Source: an uncultured Planctomycetales bacterium (GTDB lineage Bacteria; Planctomycetota; Phycisphaerae; UBA1845; Fen-1342). From it: a stretch of 64,000 nt of DNA. The stretch lies in contig CAZJYX010000001.1 in NCBI GenBank assembly GCA_964550375.1, positions 2,049 to 66,048 of the forward strand. Direction: 5' to 3'. Under the pieces are notes generated by a model. That model saw only the letters and a list, made by a program, of their open reading frames with translations, was not told the DNA's origin and searched no databases. Below are positions 27,304-39,882 of this stretch, piece by piece. Position 1 is the first letter of the stretch. Every line of letters begins with the position of its first letter. Both the position numbers and the translations under genes were made by a program.

Positions 27304-30300
27304 ATGAACTGGCTTCTGAACATTGGCGATACGGATATTCTGCGCGACGCCGTTAACCCGATGGCGGTTTTCTGGCATCGCTTGCGCGGCGGGCGCTGGC
27401 GGGTACTGGGAGCCGCCGGGCTCACCCTGCTGTTGCTGTTGTCGATTGTGCTGCTGGTGCTGGGGCCCGCGGGGACCGGCCTGGCATTCCTGCGGCGGGA
27501 ATGGGTGGCGCTCGTTGTTTCGCTGGTAGTCGTGGTCTGGCTGGCGTACGTCACTTGGATCCTGCTCAAGTTCATGCCCTCGCGCAACGACCGCATCATC
27601 ATTGCGCTGCGGCAATGGGTGCGCAACGCGGTCGATCCGCACGAGGAGCAGGTGCGGCACCTGAGTGATGACGAGTTGCGCGGCCGGACGGCGGACCTGC
27701 GCGCGCGGCTGGCGGCCGGGACGCCGCTGGAGGCCGTGCGTGCGGAAGCCTACGCCTGCGTGCGCGAGGCTTCGCGCCGGGCGCGGGCCCATCGCCAGTT
27801 CGAATGTCAGCTCATCGGCGGCAAGGTGCTCGAGGACTGCAACGTTGCCGAGATGCGCACCGGCGAGGGCAAGACGATCGTCTGCTACATGGCGAACTAC
27901 ATGAAGGTGCTCCAGGGCCTGAAGGTCCACATGGTCACCGTCAACGACTACCTCGTGAAGCGCGACGCGGAGTTCTGCCGGCCGATCTTCGAGCTGCTGG
28001 GGGTGAGCGTGGGCTACATCACCTCGGAAATGGAGACCTACGGGCCGGGTGCTGAGGAGCGCCGCCTGGCCTACGGCTGCGATATCACCTACGGGACCAA
28101 CAGCGAGTTCGGCTTCGACTATCTCCGCGACAACATGAAGCACCGCGCCAGCGACCAGGTCCAGGGGCCGCAGGACTACGTCGTGGTGGACGAGGTGGAC
28201 TCGATTCTGATAGACGAAGCCCGCACCCCGCTGATCATCTCCGGTCCGGCCCACGACGATGTCAACAACTATCGCGTGGCCGACAACGTCGCCCGCATGC
28301 TCATCGCCAAGCAGCAGCAGGCCAACCGCGCCACGGCCGCCCACATCGACGAGGTGGAGCAGAACCCACCTCCGGAGATCAGCGGCGACCCGAAGCGCAA
28401 GGCGTATTTCTACGACGGCATCAAGAAATTTCGACAGGATCCGTTTTGGCTGAACTCGGACGAGGCCGAGGCGATCAGACACGTGCAGTACTTCGTGGTC
28501 GAGCTCGACCACAAGTCGGCCCATATGACCGAGCACGGCGCCAAGGCCGCCCAGGCCGAACTGGGCATCGGCACCTTCTACGACAGCCAAAACATGAACT
28601 GGCCGCACTACATCGACAACGCCCTCAAGGCGCACCAGTGCTACCAGAAGGACAAGGAATACGTCGTTCAGGACGGCCAGATCATCATCGTGGACGAGTT
28701 CACCGGCCGCATGATGCACGGCCGGCAGTGGTCCGACGGCCTGCACCAGGCGGTCGAGGCCAAGGAACGCGTCACGATCAAGCAGGAATCTCAGACGCTG
28801 GCGACCATCACGCTGCAGAACCTGTTCAAGATGTACCGCCAGCTCGCCGGCATGACCGGCACCGCGATGACCGAAGCCGAAGAGTTCATGAAGATCTACC
28901 GGCTTGAAGTCATCGCCATCCCCACCAACCAACCCATCCGCCGCCTGGACGGCAACGACAAGATCTACAAGACCCGCGTGAGCAAGCGCGACGCGCTGGT
29001 CGAGGAGATTCGCAGTTGCAGCCAGAAAGGCTACCCGGCGGACCCCTGGTCACTGCTGGACACGCTGAAGCTGGCCCGGCAAACGATCCTGGCCACCAGT
29101 GGACCGGACCGGGGCAACTCGCTGGGCGAACAGATCCGCACCATCGACCAGGCCATCGCCGCGTTCGACAACGGCGACGGTAACGAGACGGCCCTGGAGC
29201 GCGGCTACCTGGATCTCATGGGCGTGAACGTTTCGGGCCGGCCCGTGCTGGTGGGCACGACCAGCGTCGAGGCGTCGGAGGAGCTGAGCACGCTGCTGAC
29301 GCGCCGCTACGGCATCGAACATGAGGTGCTCAACGCCCGGCAGCACGCCCGCGAGGCGGAGATCGTCGCCAAAGCCGGCTTCCAGCACGAGAGCGCACGC
29401 GGCAAGCAGAAGCAGATGGTCGGTAACGTCACCATCGCCACGAACATGGCGGGGCGCGGCACGGACATCGTGCTCGGGCCGGGCGTCGCGGCGATCGGCG
29501 GTCTGCACGTGGTGGGCACGGAGCGGCACGAGGCGCGCCGGATTGACAACCAGTTGCGCGGTCGTTGCGGTCGCCAGGGCGACCCGGGCAGCTCACGGTT
29601 CTTCCTGTCGCTGGAAGACGACCTGCTCAAGCTCTTCATGGGCGATTGGATGCTGAAGATGCTGAACATGCTCGGCTTTGAGGAGGGCATGGCGATCGAG
29701 GATCGCCGGATCTCCAAAGGCATCGAGCGCGCCCAGAAGAAGGTCGAGGAGCGGAACTTCGGCATCCGCAAGAACCTGCTCGAGTACGACGAGGTCATGG
29801 ATCACCAGCGCAAGACCTTCTATGCCCTGCGTCAGCAGGTGCTGGAGGGGCGCGGGCTCAGCGAGCTGATCTGGGAGATGATCGACGAGACGGTGCGGGA
29901 CGCCGTCGAGCGCTACTACGACCCGAAGTACCCGGCCCAGTGCGCGGCCGAATGGGTCGCCCAGCAGTTGGGCGCCCCGATCGAGCCGAACAAGCTGGAC
30001 ACGTCGGACCTCGAGACGCTCACCGGGCAGGTCCGCGACCTGGCGTCCTACGAGGTGCGCGGCACGATCCAGAGGACTTTTGGTGAATACGATGTCTCCG
30101 ACGACGTGCCGTCGGACGAGTGGGACGCGCGCGGGCTGGCCAGTTGGGCGGCTCAGTACGGCCTGAACCTGACGCAGAACCAGATACGCCGCAGCAATCC
30201 GGCCGAGCTGCTCGAACAGCTCAGCGATGCCGCGCAGCGGCGGATCGAGGAGGCCGATCTCGAAGCGCTGGCGCAGTATGTTGATCCGCGGTACGCGAAG

Positions 30301-31257
30301 GGGCGGCTGGTGCGCTGGGCCCGGGACAAGTTCGGGCTGGAAGTGCCGCTCGAGGACATCGTGACGGCCAACCGCGAGGACGCCATCGCGCTGTTCGGCG
30401 AGAAGATGCGCGCCGCGTATCGCGAGCGTGAGATCGAGTTCCCGGTCAGCGCGGCAGTTGACTATTCCTTGCGGGCCGCCGGCACGAACGTCAACGAGTT
30501 CTACGCCCGGCTGGCGGCGTGGAGCAATCGCAAGTATGGCTTGAACTGGACGTACGAACATTTCGCCGGCAAGAATCCCGCGGAGACCTTCAAGGAGCTG
30601 CGCGCCCTCAACGAGGATTACCTGACCAACGGGCGGCTGGACGGAGAGATTGACGCGGCCGTTGCCCAGCATCAGGGCGAGGCGCTGGCGGTGTGGGCGC
30701 GCGAGCGTTTCGGGGCGGTGATGGACGGCCATCCGCTGGACTTGGCGGGCGACGTGCGGGCACAGCTCCAAACCTGTGCCTACCAGATGCTGCGGTACGA
30801 GCTGACGCAACTGGAGCGGCACGTGCTGCTCAGCACGCTGGACGCGGCCTGGAAAGACCACATGTACGCCATGGACCTGCTGCGGTCCGGCATCGGGCTG
30901 CGCGGGTACGCCGAGCGTGATCCGAAGATCGAGTACAAGCGCGAAGGCACGCGGATGTTTAACGAGATGCTCGCCAACATGCGCGAACGCGTGACCGACG
31001 TGATTTTCAAGGTCCAGGTGGCGATCGAGCCGGAGTTGGTCGGCCGAGGCATGGCGTACTCGAACGTTCAGACCCAGCACGCCGACGCGACCGGGGCGGG
31101 CTTCTCGGCGGAGGACCAGGAGGCGGCCATGCGCAAGCAGGGCGAGGCCGGTCAGCCGCAGACGATTCGCCGGGAAACGCCCAAGGTCGGCCGCAACGAC
31201 CCGTGCCCGTGCGGCTCGGGCAAGAAGTACAAGCAGTGCTGCGGCAAGCGGCACTGA
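27304..31257 (+). CDS. secA: preprotein translocase ATPase SecA (elongated, 1317 aa; canonical start would be 27574)
   Basis: Walker [13 protein letters not shown]-like motor, PPXD, C-terminal zinc finger [17 protein letters not shown]. Extra 90-aa N-terminal region with two hydrophobic helices and several internal insertions. Confidence 0.9.
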   Translation: MNWLLNIGDTDILRDAVNPMAVFWHRLRGGRWRVLGAAGLTLLLLLSIVLLVLGPAGTGLAFLRREWVALVVSLVVVVWLAYVTWILLKFMPSRNDRIIIALRQWVRNAVDPHEEQVRHLSDDELRGRTADLRARLAAGTPLEAVRAEAYACVREASRRARAHRQFECQLIGGKVLEDCNVAEMRTGEGKTIVCYMANYMKVLQGLKVHMVTVNDYLVKRDAEFCRPIFELLGVSVGYITSEMETYGPGAEERRLAYGCDITYGTNSEFGFDYLRDNMKHRASDQVQGPQDYVVVDEVDSILIDEARTPLIISGPAHDDVNNYRVADNVARMLIAKQQQANRATAAHIDEVEQNPPPEISGDPKRKAYFYDGIKKFRQDPFWLNSDEAEAIRHVQYFVVELDHKSAHMTEHGAKAAQAELGIGTFYDSQNMNWPHYIDNALKAHQCYQKDKEYVVQDGQIIIVDEFTGRMMHGRQWSDGLHQAVEAKERVTIKQESQTLATITLQNLFKMYRQLAGMTGTAMTEAEEFMKIYRLEVIAIPTNQPIRRLDGNDKIYKTRVSKRDALVEEIRSCSQKGYPADPWSLLDTLKLARQTILATSGPDRGNSLGEQIRTIDQAIAAFDNGDGNETALERGYLDLMGVNVSGRPVLVGTTSVEASEELSTLLTRRYGIEHEVLNARQHAREAEIVAKAGFQHESARGKQKQMVGNVTIATNMAGRGTDIVLGPGVAAIGGLHVVGTERHEARRIDNQLRGRCGRQGDPGSSRFFLSLEDDLLKLFMGDWMLKMLNMLGFEEGMAIEDRRISKGIERAQKKVEERNFGIRKNLLEYDEVMDHQRKTFYALRQQVLEGRGLSELIWEMIDETVRDAVERYYDPKYPAQCAAEWVAQQLGAPIEPNKLDTSDLETLTGQVRDLASYEVRGTIQRTFGEYDVSDDVPSDEWDARGLASWAAQYGLNLTQNQIRRSNPAELLEQLSDAAQRRIEEADLEALAQYVDPRYAKGRLVRWARDKFGLEVPLEDIVTANREDAIALFGEKMRAAYREREIEFPVSAAVDYSLRAAGTNVNEFYARLAAWSNRKYGLNWTYEHFAGKNPAETFKELRALNEDYLTNGRLDGEIDAAVAQHQGEALAVWARERFGAVMDGHPLDLAGDVRAQLQTCAYQMLRYELTQLERHVLLSTLDAAWKDHMYAMDLLRSGIGLRGYAERDPKIEYKREGTRMFNEMLANMRERVTDVIFKVQVAIEPELVGRGMAYSNVQTQHADATGAGFSAEDQEAAMRKQGEAGQPQTIRRETPKVGRNDPCPCGSGKKYKQCCGKRH

Positions 31258-31339
31258 TGCGTCCGGCGGCCCCTGTGCGCGCCCGCATTCCGGCGGCACC
31301 GCGGACCGTAATCCAGGCAGCCTGAACCTGGCGCGGCGC

Positions 31340-32662
31340 TTACTTCGGCGGGTTGTCCGGTCCGCGGCCGGCCATGTTTCGCGCGATGCTCTGCGAGACC
31401 TGTCGCAGATCCACGCCCAACACCGACTCCAGCGTCGCGAGTGATTCGGACAGTATCCTGGCCCGGCCCAGAGCGGCGCCGGCCATGGCCTGCCCGTTGC
31501 CGCCGTCGATAACCGTAACGCTGCCGAGATCGACGTTCTGCACCGTCGCCGCCAGCTCCTGCACGATGGTCGGCATCATCTCGACCAGCATGACCTGGAG
31601 CGCCTCGGGATGGCGCTGAATCGCCTGGCCGATCTGCTCGATCGCGGTCGCCCGGGCCTTGCCCTCTTCGAGCGTCCGGGCCGCGTCGCCCTCCGCCTTG
31701 GCCTTGGCGACGTCGCGGTCCGCGGCGGCCTTGGCGACTTCCGTGGCGGCCAGGCGGGCCTGCTCGGCCTTGGCCTCGGCTTCCTGCTGCTGGGCTTCGA
31801 TCAGGGCGGCCTCCCGGGCCAGCTCTGCCTTGCGAATGCGCAGCTCGTTCTCCGCCTCGGCAATGGCCTTCTCGGCCGCCAGCCGGGCCTGTTCGGCACG
31901 CTGATTGGCGGTGGCCTCCGTCAGCTTGGCTTCCGAATCCCGGTCGGCCTTGGCCTTGCGGGCGTCGGCGTTGGCTTCGGCCTCCTTGATGAGCGCTTCG
32001 GCGGCCCGCTCGGCCTCGGCCTTCCGCGCGGCGGAGAGCACTTCCGCGCGCGCCTTGCGGGCGATGGATACCAGGTACTCCTCGTTGTCGTGCACGTTCT
32101 GAATATTGACGCTGTCGATCAGCAGCCCGAGCTTGCGGAAATCGTCCGAGACCTCCTTCATCACCGTGGCGACGAATTTGTCGCGGTCTTCGACGATCTC
32201 CTCCGGCGTCATCTTGCCGATCACGGCGCGCAAGCCGCCTTCGAGCGTTTCACGCGCCACGCGCTGCAGCTCCTGCATGGGCTGCGAAAGAAAACGCTCG
32301 ATGGCGTTGGCCCGCTCGCTGGGGTCCGACGAGACCTTGACGTTGGCGACGCCGTTGACGACCACCGGCATCATGGTCCCGCCGCCGGACTGGGCCGTCA
32401 CCTCGAGGGCCACCTGCATGTTGCGCAGGCTGAGCCGCGCGACCTTCTCGATCACGGGTATGACCAGCGTGCGCCCGCCGATGAGCGTGCGGTAGCCGAG
32501 TCCGTCGCGCTGGCGGCGCCCGCTGATGATCAGCATCTCGCTGGGGTTCCCGACGACGACGAGCTTGGCGATTATTGCCACAATCACCAGGATCAGCACG
32601 AGGCCGCCCAGACCCAGCACGATGCCGGCCTCGACCGTAGAGGCAATCAACAAGCAGTTCAT
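31340..32662 (-). CDS. flotillin-like SPFH/band-7 protein (YqiK/FloA family)
   Basis: N-terminal TM helix, SPFH domain, long Ala/Glu-rich coiled coil (AEAKAEQARLAA...). Confidence 0.85.
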   Translation of the reverse strand: MNCLLIASTVEAGIVLGLGGLVLILVIVAIIAKLVVVGNPSEMLIISGRRQRDGLGYRTLIGGRTLVIPVIEKVARLSLRNMQVALEVTAQSGGGTMMPVVVNGVANVKVSSDPSERANAIERFLSQPMQELQRVARETLEGGLRAVIGKMTPEEIVEDRDKFVATVMKEVSDDFRKLGLLIDSVNIQNVHDNEEYLVSIARKARAEVLSAARKAEAERAAEALIKEAEANADARKAKADRDSEAKLTEATANQRAEQARLAAEKAIAEAENELRIRKAELAREAALIEAQQQEAEAKAEQARLAATEVAKAAADRDVAKAKAEGDAARTLEEGKARATAIEQIGQAIQRHPEALQVMLVEMMPTIVQELAATVQNVDLGSVTVIDGGNGQAMAGAALGRARILSESLATLESVLGVDLRQVSQSIARNMAGRGPDNPPK

Positions 32663-33366
32663 GACAGCACTCCTCCCTCAGAGCCGGATTGGCTCTCGAA
32701 TTCCGCCCGGGCCACGACGTGGGCCACGCCGGCGCGGTAGCCGACGATAACGACCTCATCCCCAACCGCAAAGTCCCTGGTCTGGCCGCTGGCGACGGCC
32801 GGCAGGCAACGCCGCGCCGTACGCACGGTGGCGGCCACCTCGCCCTTGTCCGGGTGCCTGATGGGGACGGTCACCCGGGCCAGCCGGTTGACGTAGTCCG
32901 CCGGACGCGGGGCACTGTTGGCCGACGTCCGCCGCAGCAGCCGGAACAACTGGTGAACGCCCTGGCCGGCCACCAGCCCGCCGACCGCCGCGACGGCCAG
33001 CGTCGTGCCGGGGCCCGCCTCGGTGAGGTGCGTGAGCACCACGCCCAGCGCGCCGAACACCGCCAGTGTCGAAACTACGAAGCGCACCGAGAACCAGCTT
33101 GAGAGCCCCAACGCGCCGGCGTGCGCGGCATCCGCGGCGTGAAAGTCGGCCTCAACGTTCGTACCCCCGTGCACGTCGAAGTCGCCGCCGGCATCCATGT
33201 CGAGGTCGCCGTCGACAGCGGTGTCGAAATCAACCTCGGCATCCTCGGCCCCGCCGCCCAAGGCCGAAACGAGCAGCAATCCGCCGCCGACGATGAGGCC
33301 GATCCAGTACGCGGCGACCAGCGCGTCGAAGAATGGCACTGCGCCGAGCAACTCGATTCCGCACAT
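32659..33366 (-). CDS. NfeD-like (YqiJ-type) membrane protein, flotillin partner
   Basis: Membrane helices plus C-terminal OB-like region; overlaps the flotillin gene start by 4 nt (classic nfeD-flotillin operon). Confidence 0.65.
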   Translation of the reverse strand: MCGIELLGAVPFFDALVAAYWIGLIVGGGLLLVSALGGGAEDAEVDFDTAVDGDLDMDAGGDFDVHGGTNVEADFHAADAAHAGALGLSSWFSVRFVVSTLAVFGALGVVLTHLTEAGPGTTLAVAAVGGLVAGQGVHQLFRLLRRTSANSAPRPADYVNRLARVTVPIRHPDKGEVAATVRTARRCLPAVASGQTRDFAVGDEVVIVGYRAGVAHVVARAEFESQSGSEGGVLS

Positions 33367-33609
33367 GACATACCTCCTGGACTGACGGGGTGTCGGCGCC
33401 GCACGGGGCCCCCGGCGGCACGTTCATCCATGCAGAAGAATACAGCGCCTGCCGCAGGCCGCCTATTTGAATATGGGGCGATTCTCATAACGGCCCCTGT
33501 CACCCGGTCCGGCATCGCGACTGCCGCGCGGTTCGCCGGCCCGGCGGTTCCGGTACAATCCGGGCCGTTTGACAACGGCGGTTTTCAGGCCGTCGGCGGA
33601 GGTGCGGGC

Positions 33610-34809
33610 GTGCAGCGTTTCGGACGGACGGTCATCCTGGTGCTATTGGCTCTCGCGCTGGGCATTGGCGTGTGGCCGCGCCTGTGGGCCGCGCCCGGGG
33701 TTCACAAGCACTACCTCCACCAGGCCCAAGCCTTCCTACAGGGGCGGCTCGATATTGATGAATCCTTTGGCGACGTCGCCACGTTCCAGAGCAAGCACTA
33801 CGTCGTCTTCCCACCCCTGCCGGCCGTCCTGATAACCCCGCTCGTGGCCGTGTTCGGCATGCAGACGCGCACCACCGTGGTCTGCCTGGTGCTGACCGCC
33901 CTGAGCTTCTGCGTGTTGCGCAGTACGCTACGCCGGCTGGAAGTAGAACGCAGCGCGGAACGCTGGCTGCTGGCCGCGTTCTTCCTGGGAACCGCGTACA
34001 CTACGTCGCTATTCCAGACCTATGAGACTTGGCATTTCGCGCACGTTGTCGCGGTCGCGTGCCTGCTGCTGGCGGTACGCGAGGCGCTCGGCGCCCGCCG
34101 CGGCCTGCTCGTGGGCCTGTTCTGCGGGCTGGCGTTCCTGTCGCGCCACCTGTGCCTCTACTCGGCTGTGTTCCTGGCGGCGGCGCTGTGGCAACATGGG
34201 CCGCAAGACCGGCCGGGCCGGCGTGCTCTGCGGCTCGCCGCGTTCGGTCTGCCGCTGGCCGCCTGCGTGGGGGTATACCTGTGGCTGAATGCGGTGCGGT
34301 TCGGCTCCCCATTCGACACGGGCTACGCACACATCCCGCTGGAGGGCTTCCTCGCGGCCCGCGTCGAGAAGTACGGGCTATTTCACCCGGCCTACGTACC
34401 GGCGAATCTCGTTTACATGTTCCTGCAGGGCTTTCACATCCAGTTTACGGGGCCGGCGCAACTGGTCGTTGCGGGCGTTGATCTGCTAGGAACTTCGGTT
34501 ACGTTCGCCAGCCCGTTCCTGCTCTTTGCCGTGCTGGCCCGGTGGGGGCGGCCGATGCTGTGGTCGGGCTGGCTGGCAATCCTGCTGCCGACCGTGCACA
34601 TGCTGTTCTACTACAACAACGGCTTTGCCCAGACCAACGCCCAGCGCTTCACCCTGGACTTCCTGCCCGTGCTGATCGTCCTGGTTGCCTTGGGCATGCG
34701 CCGGGTGCCGGCGGCCTGGTGGCGGGCGGCGATCGCCTACTCAATCGCCCTGAACGTCGTCGCGCTGTTCGTGGTGGACTGGTTGCGCCGGCTGACGGCA
34801 TCCCTTTGA
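33610..34809 (+). CDS. polytopic membrane protein, probable glycosyltransferase (GT39/GT83/GT87-like)
   Basis: About 10-12 TM helices, conserved-looking loops; GTG start inferred at 33610. Family assignment tentative. Confidence 0.45.
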   Translation: MQRFGRTVILVLLALALGIGVWPRLWAAPGVHKHYLHQAQAFLQGRLDIDESFGDVATFQSKHYVVFPPLPAVLITPLVAVFGMQTRTTVVCLVLTALSFCVLRSTLRRLEVERSAERWLLAAFFLGTAYTTSLFQTYETWHFAHVVAVACLLLAVREALGARRGLLVGLFCGLAFLSRHLCLYSAVFLAAALWQHGPQDRPGRRALRLAAFGLPLAACVGVYLWLNAVRFGSPFDTGYAHIPLEGFLAARVEKYGLFHPAYVPANLVYMFLQGFHIQFTGPAQLVVAGVDLLGTSVTFASPFLLFAVLARWGRPMLWSGWLAILLPTVHMLFYYNNGFAQTNAQRFTLDFLPVLIVLVALGMRRVPAAWWRAAIAYSIALNVVALFVVDWLRRLTASL

Positions 34810-34849
34810 CATTTTGGACAAGCCGCGACCCGCACGCCCGACGCAACAA

Positions 34850-35692
34850 TCAGCCGCCGAGCGCCTGGCTGCGCAGGGCGGCAATGCGTTTCTCCGTCGG
34901 CGGGTGCGTGCTGAACAGGCCGGCCAGCCCGCCGCCGGACAGCGGCTCCATGATGTACATGTTGTGGAAGGCCGGGTTCGTATCGGTACGTATGCGCTGG
35001 TTGCCGACGTGCAGGCGCTCCAGCGCCGCCGCCAGCTTGCGCGGGTCGCCGCACAGCTCCCCGCCGTACGAGTCGGCCGCGAACTCGCGCTGCCGCGAGA
35101 TCGCCGCCTGGATGAGCATGGCGGCCAGAGGCGCCAGAATGACCATGGCGAGCGCCCCGATCGCGCCGAGTGGATTGTCCCGGCCGCGCCCGCCGAACCA
35201 CATCATCATCCAGGCTGCGTAGCTGATGATGCCGGCCAGCGTGGCGGCAACGGTGCTGATCAGGACATCGCGATGCTTGATGTGCGCCAGTTCATGCGCG
35301 AGGACGCCCTCGATCTCGTGAGCGGGGAAATTCTGCAGCATGCCTTGCGTGACGGCGACGGCGGAGTGCTGCGGGTTGCGGCCGGTGGCGAAGGCGTTCG
35401 GCGCGGGTTGCGGACAAACATAGACACGCGGCTTGGGCAGGCCCGCCCGGGCGGCCAGGCGCTCGACCATGTCGTGCAGCCAGGGCAAGTCGTCCCGCTG
35501 CACTTCCCGGGCACCCATCGCGGTCAGGGCCAGCTTGTCCGAGTAGAAGAACGCCAGAATGTTGCTCAGCCCGCCAAACAGGAAGCCGAACATCACGCCG
35601 CGCGGCCCGAGGATGAAGTACCCGATCGCCATGAAGAGGGCCATCATGAAGCTCAGCAGCATGGCGGTCTTGAAGTTGTTCAGTGCACGCAT
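34850..35692 (-). CDS. htpX: zinc metalloprotease HtpX (M48)
   Basis: HELAHIKHRD zinc-binding motif, N-terminal TM helices; start MRALNNFKTAML. Confidence 0.85.
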   Translation of the reverse strand: MRALNNFKTAMLLSFMMALFMAIGYFILGPRGVMFGFLFGGLSNILAFFYSDKLALTAMGAREVQRDDLPWLHDMVERLAARAGLPKPRVYVCPQPAPNAFATGRNPQHSAVAVTQGMLQNFPAHEIEGVLAHELAHIKHRDVLISTVAATLAGIISYAAWMMMWFGGRGRDNPLGAIGALAMVILAPLAAMLIQAAISRQREFAADSYGGELCGDPRKLAAALERLHVGNQRIRTDTNPAFHNMYIMEPLSGGGLAGLFSTHPPTEKRIAALRSQALGG

Positions 35693-36108
35693 CGTACGCA
35701 CCTCCCTGTCCAGTTCTCCAGGCACACCCCGGCAGATTAGCCGGGGAGCGCACTTCCTGCCAAGGCAAACCGTGCGCCGGAGGCGTCGCGCCGGCCGGCA
35801 CGCCGCCGTAAGGGCCTTATCCACAAGATATTATTCGCAGAATGCCGGGCCGTGTCGCGATGCCAGGTCGGCCAATCCGATTCAGCCGGCTGCCATTTTG
35901 GCGGCCGCAACCGCGCACTGCGCGTGGTTCGGTCGGCGACGGACCTCGTCGGCCGCCCTGACGGGGGTGCGTTTGGCCCGCGCGGCCGGGTCGGCCGCCA
36001 GGGTTTCTTATCGGCCGCGGCGCTTCGCCGCCCGGCTCCAGACGTTACAATCCGCGCGCGTGATTAGCGGATAGGGCGACGGCCCGGCCCGGAGATGGGG
36101 CGTACGAC

Positions 36109-36528
36109 GTGCGAGCAGTCTGGTCGGCGTCAATCAGGATCCTAGCGGCGGCCATATTCCTGGCTCCACTGGTCGGGTGCGAGGGGCCCGACGAGCAGCG
36201 GCCGTACCAAGTGTTCAATGGGGTCGTCAAGGCCCTCGACGTTGAGACGGGCGAGCTGTTCGTGCGGCCGCAGTTTGATCCGCCGCCGCCCTGGCGCGCC
36301 GGCCGCAACGTCCCGTGCGTGACCACCAAGGAATCGGAAATCTACATCAACGACCGCTTCAGCGGTCTCGAAGGGATCCACGTCGGCGATGTGATCGAGC
36401 TCGTCGGATACCGCGGTCGGGATGACCGCTTCGTCGTCAGCATGGTCAACATCATGCGCAGCCAGCCCGATCCGGTCGAGCCGGCGCTCACGCCGCCCAC
36501 CACGCGACCAGTGTCTGCTAATCCATAA
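36109..36528 (+). CDS. lipoprotein, hypothetical
   Basis: Signal peptide with lipobox LAPLVGC. Confidence 0.5.
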   Translation: MRAVWSASIRILAAAIFLAPLVGCEGPDEQRPYQVFNGVVKALDVETGELFVRPQFDPPPPWRAGRNVPCVTTKESEIYINDRFSGLEGIHVGDVIELVGYRGRDDRFVVSMVNIMRSQPDPVEPALTPPTTRPVSANP

Positions 36529-37836
<1,308 letters not shown>

Positions 37837-37846
37837 GCAAGGTTTC

Positions 37847-38386
37847 ATGGGCACAGTCAGCCGGCTGGGCGACATACTGTTCTGGTTAATGGTGCTGGCC
37901 GGGGGAGCCCTGCTGGTGCCATGCCTGGTGCTGCCGGCCTGGCTCGAATACCGGGCCTCGCTGCAATTGCGCGCGCTGCATGAGCAACGCGTCCTGAGGC
38001 TGGAAGCCGAACTCATCAAGCTGCGCAAGCAGCGCGAGCATCTGGGCATTGACGATGCCTACGTGTTGCGGCTGGCGCATGAGCAGCTCAACATCGAGAC
38101 GCCGGGCATTGTGCGGATTCCCCTGGAGACCGGCGAGCTGGCCGAGAGCGAACTCGCGGCCGCGGCGCTCCCGCCGGTCTGGCCGCCGGAGGACGAACTG
38201 GTCCCGCAGTTGTCCGCAGTCGTGGGCGAACTGCTCGGCGGCTACCCGCTGACCGGCATGTTCGTGTGGCCGGAAACGCGCCCCGTGCTGATGTTACTGG
38301 GTGGCGGCCTGATTCTGGCCGCCGTTGTGCTCATCGGGGCGCCGGCTAGCGCGCGGCCGATGCGCCGCGCGGCGGAGCGCTGTTGA
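37847..38386 (+). CDS. FtsB/DivIC-like septum formation initiator family protein
   Basis: Single N-terminal TM helix followed by coiled coil (LQLRALHEQRVLRLEAELIKLRKQREHL). Conserved eno-ftsB synteny. Confidence 0.55.
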   Translation: MGTVSRLGDILFWLMVLAGGALLVPCLVLPAWLEYRASLQLRALHEQRVLRLEAELIKLRKQREHLGIDDAYVLRLAHEQLNIETPGIVRIPLETGELAESELAAAALPPVWPPEDELVPQLSAVVGELLGGYPLTGMFVWPETRPVLMLLGGGLILAAVVLIGAPASARPMRRAAERC

Positions 38387-38422
38387 GGTCCACCTACGTA
38401 ACCGCTTCGGCTAATGCGGCGA

Positions 38423-39430
38423 TCAGCGAGGCACGGCAGCCAACAATTCGGCTACCTGGGCCGGCCTGATGCCCCAGTCGCTCGGACAGCGCTCCGGGTT
38501 GCCCTGGACGACCTGACCGCCCGGCCCGAGCGGCCGCCAGACATTTGGCGACGTCGGGCCGAAGATCGTCACTGTGCGCGTACCCAGCAGCGCCGCCAGG
38601 TGCGCCGGTCCCGAGTCATTCGCCACGACCGCATGCGCGGCCGCCAGCGCGGCGGCAAGCTCATCCGGCGACGGGAGCCGCAGCACCGGGTAGCCGCGCG
38701 TAAGCTCGGCCAAGGCGTCATCGGGCCACCATTCCAACTCCACGGGGCCGATCAGGAAGCACACGCCCTGCCCGTGCCGGGCCAGCAGCTCGGCCACTGC
38801 GCGGAAGTTCTTAAACGGCCAGCACTTATCGCGCCCACCGCTGCCGGGATGTATGAGTACCGTATCCGGCGCGGCCCCGGCGCGCCGCAGCACCGCGCCG
38901 CCATTCTCGCGCAATTCGGCAGCGACGCCCAGACTGCGGTGCTGCGGGTGCTGGTGTGTACACTTCGGCACCAGCAACCCCTGAGATTCCAGGTCCAACA
39001 GCCATTGGGCCGTGATGTGCCGGCGCAGCCCCGGGCGCGGCCGCGGGTCGAAGCTCACGAGCAGACCCGGCCGCAATTGCTCCAGCCGCTGATGCACGGC
39101 CGAATCGGCGCCGGCCAGCGCGTTCAGCACGCGCGCGCCCCGAATTATGCCGGCGACGTCATCAGGCGCTGGTCCGGCCTCTTGTCCATGCAGCCAATGC
39201 AGCCCCAGCGCATCCGCGGATTGACGCGTGATGCCGGGGCGGCAGGCGGACAGATTGCCGGGGTTGCTGCGCGAGATGACGTGCAAGCGCCTGCGGCCGT
39301 CCGCCGGCGGCAGGCGCAGCGCGAGTTGAACCGTCAGGGCCAAGTCGCCCAGGGCGCCGCCATGCAGAATCAGCCAGTCAGGACGCATACCAGGCACTCG
39401 CCAAGGCCGGACAACAACGGCTTCAGGCAC
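38423..39430 (-). CDS. glycosyltransferase family 9 (LPS heptosyltransferase-like)
   Basis: RILVIRLSALGDL-like N-terminus (LILHGGALGDLALTV) and GNDSGPAHLAAALG motif. Confidence 0.8.
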   Translation of the reverse strand: MPEAVVVRPWRVPGMRPDWLILHGGALGDLALTVQLALRLPPADGRRRLHVISRSNPGNLSACRPGITRQSADALGLHWLHGQEAGPAPDDVAGIIRGARVLNALAGADSAVHQRLEQLRPGLLVSFDPRPRPGLRRHITAQWLLDLESQGLLVPKCTHQHPQHRSLGVAAELRENGGAVLRRAGAAPDTVLIHPGSGGRDKCWPFKNFRAVAELLARHGQGVCFLIGPVELEWWPDDALAELTRGYPVLRLPSPDELAAALAAAHAVVANDSGPAHLAALLGTRTVTIFGPTSPNVWRPLGPGGQVVQGNPERCPSDWGIRPAQVAELLAAVPR

Positions 39431-39474
39431 AGCATGAACCGCCGTCCCTGGGTAAGCGCTTACTCGCGGCAGGG

Positions 39475-39834
39475 CTACGTCGCGCCGGCCGCCGGGGTTG
39501 CACCGGTCGCCTGGCGCTGTCGCCGCTGTCGCTCAGCCTCAGTGGCGGCGGCAGGCGATGAAACAGCGTCGGCGCCGGCCATCGCCATCAGCACGGTGTA
39601 GTAGCCCATGCGCGGCAGCCCGTTCTCCCACACCAAGTCGCCCGTGCGCGCATCGAGGCAGTACACGTGTCCGTAACAACCGGCGAAGACGTACGGCTCC
39701 TTGACCAGCAGGGTTACGGGCGCGCCGGTGCCGCGCGGCAGCTTGGTGCGCCACAGTTCCTCGCCGTTGCGTGGGTTGACCGCGGCCACCCAGCGGTTCG
39801 TGCCAATGAACAGTGGTTGCATTCCCCGTCGCAT
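39475..39834 (-). CDS. PQQ-like beta-propeller repeat fragment (possible gene remnant)
   Basis: 119 aa containing one to two PQQ/BamB-type repeats (VYCLDARTGDLVWE). Too short for a propeller. Confidence 0.3.
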   Translation of the reverse strand: MRRGMQPLFIGTNRWVAAVNPRNGEELWRTKLPRGTGAPVTLLVKEPYVFAGCYGHVYCLDARTGDLVWENGLPRMGYYTVLMAMAGADAVSSPAAATEAERQRRQRQATGATPAAGAT

Positions 39835-39882
39835 GTTGTTCCTCCGCGTTCGGCCGGCGGTTGCGGAGACGGCCGGCCGGCC

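Noticed and set aside
29593-31299. 568-aa ORF on the minus strand
   Set aside because: Completely antisense to secA. Typical high-GC shadow ORF with Arg/Pro/Ala-rich low-complexity translation.
33121-33609. 5' part of the 562-aa plus-strand ORF
   Set aside because: Overlaps the well-supported nfeD-like gene on the other strand. The membrane-protein signal only starts near 33610, so the long upstream extension is treated as a non-coding run-in.
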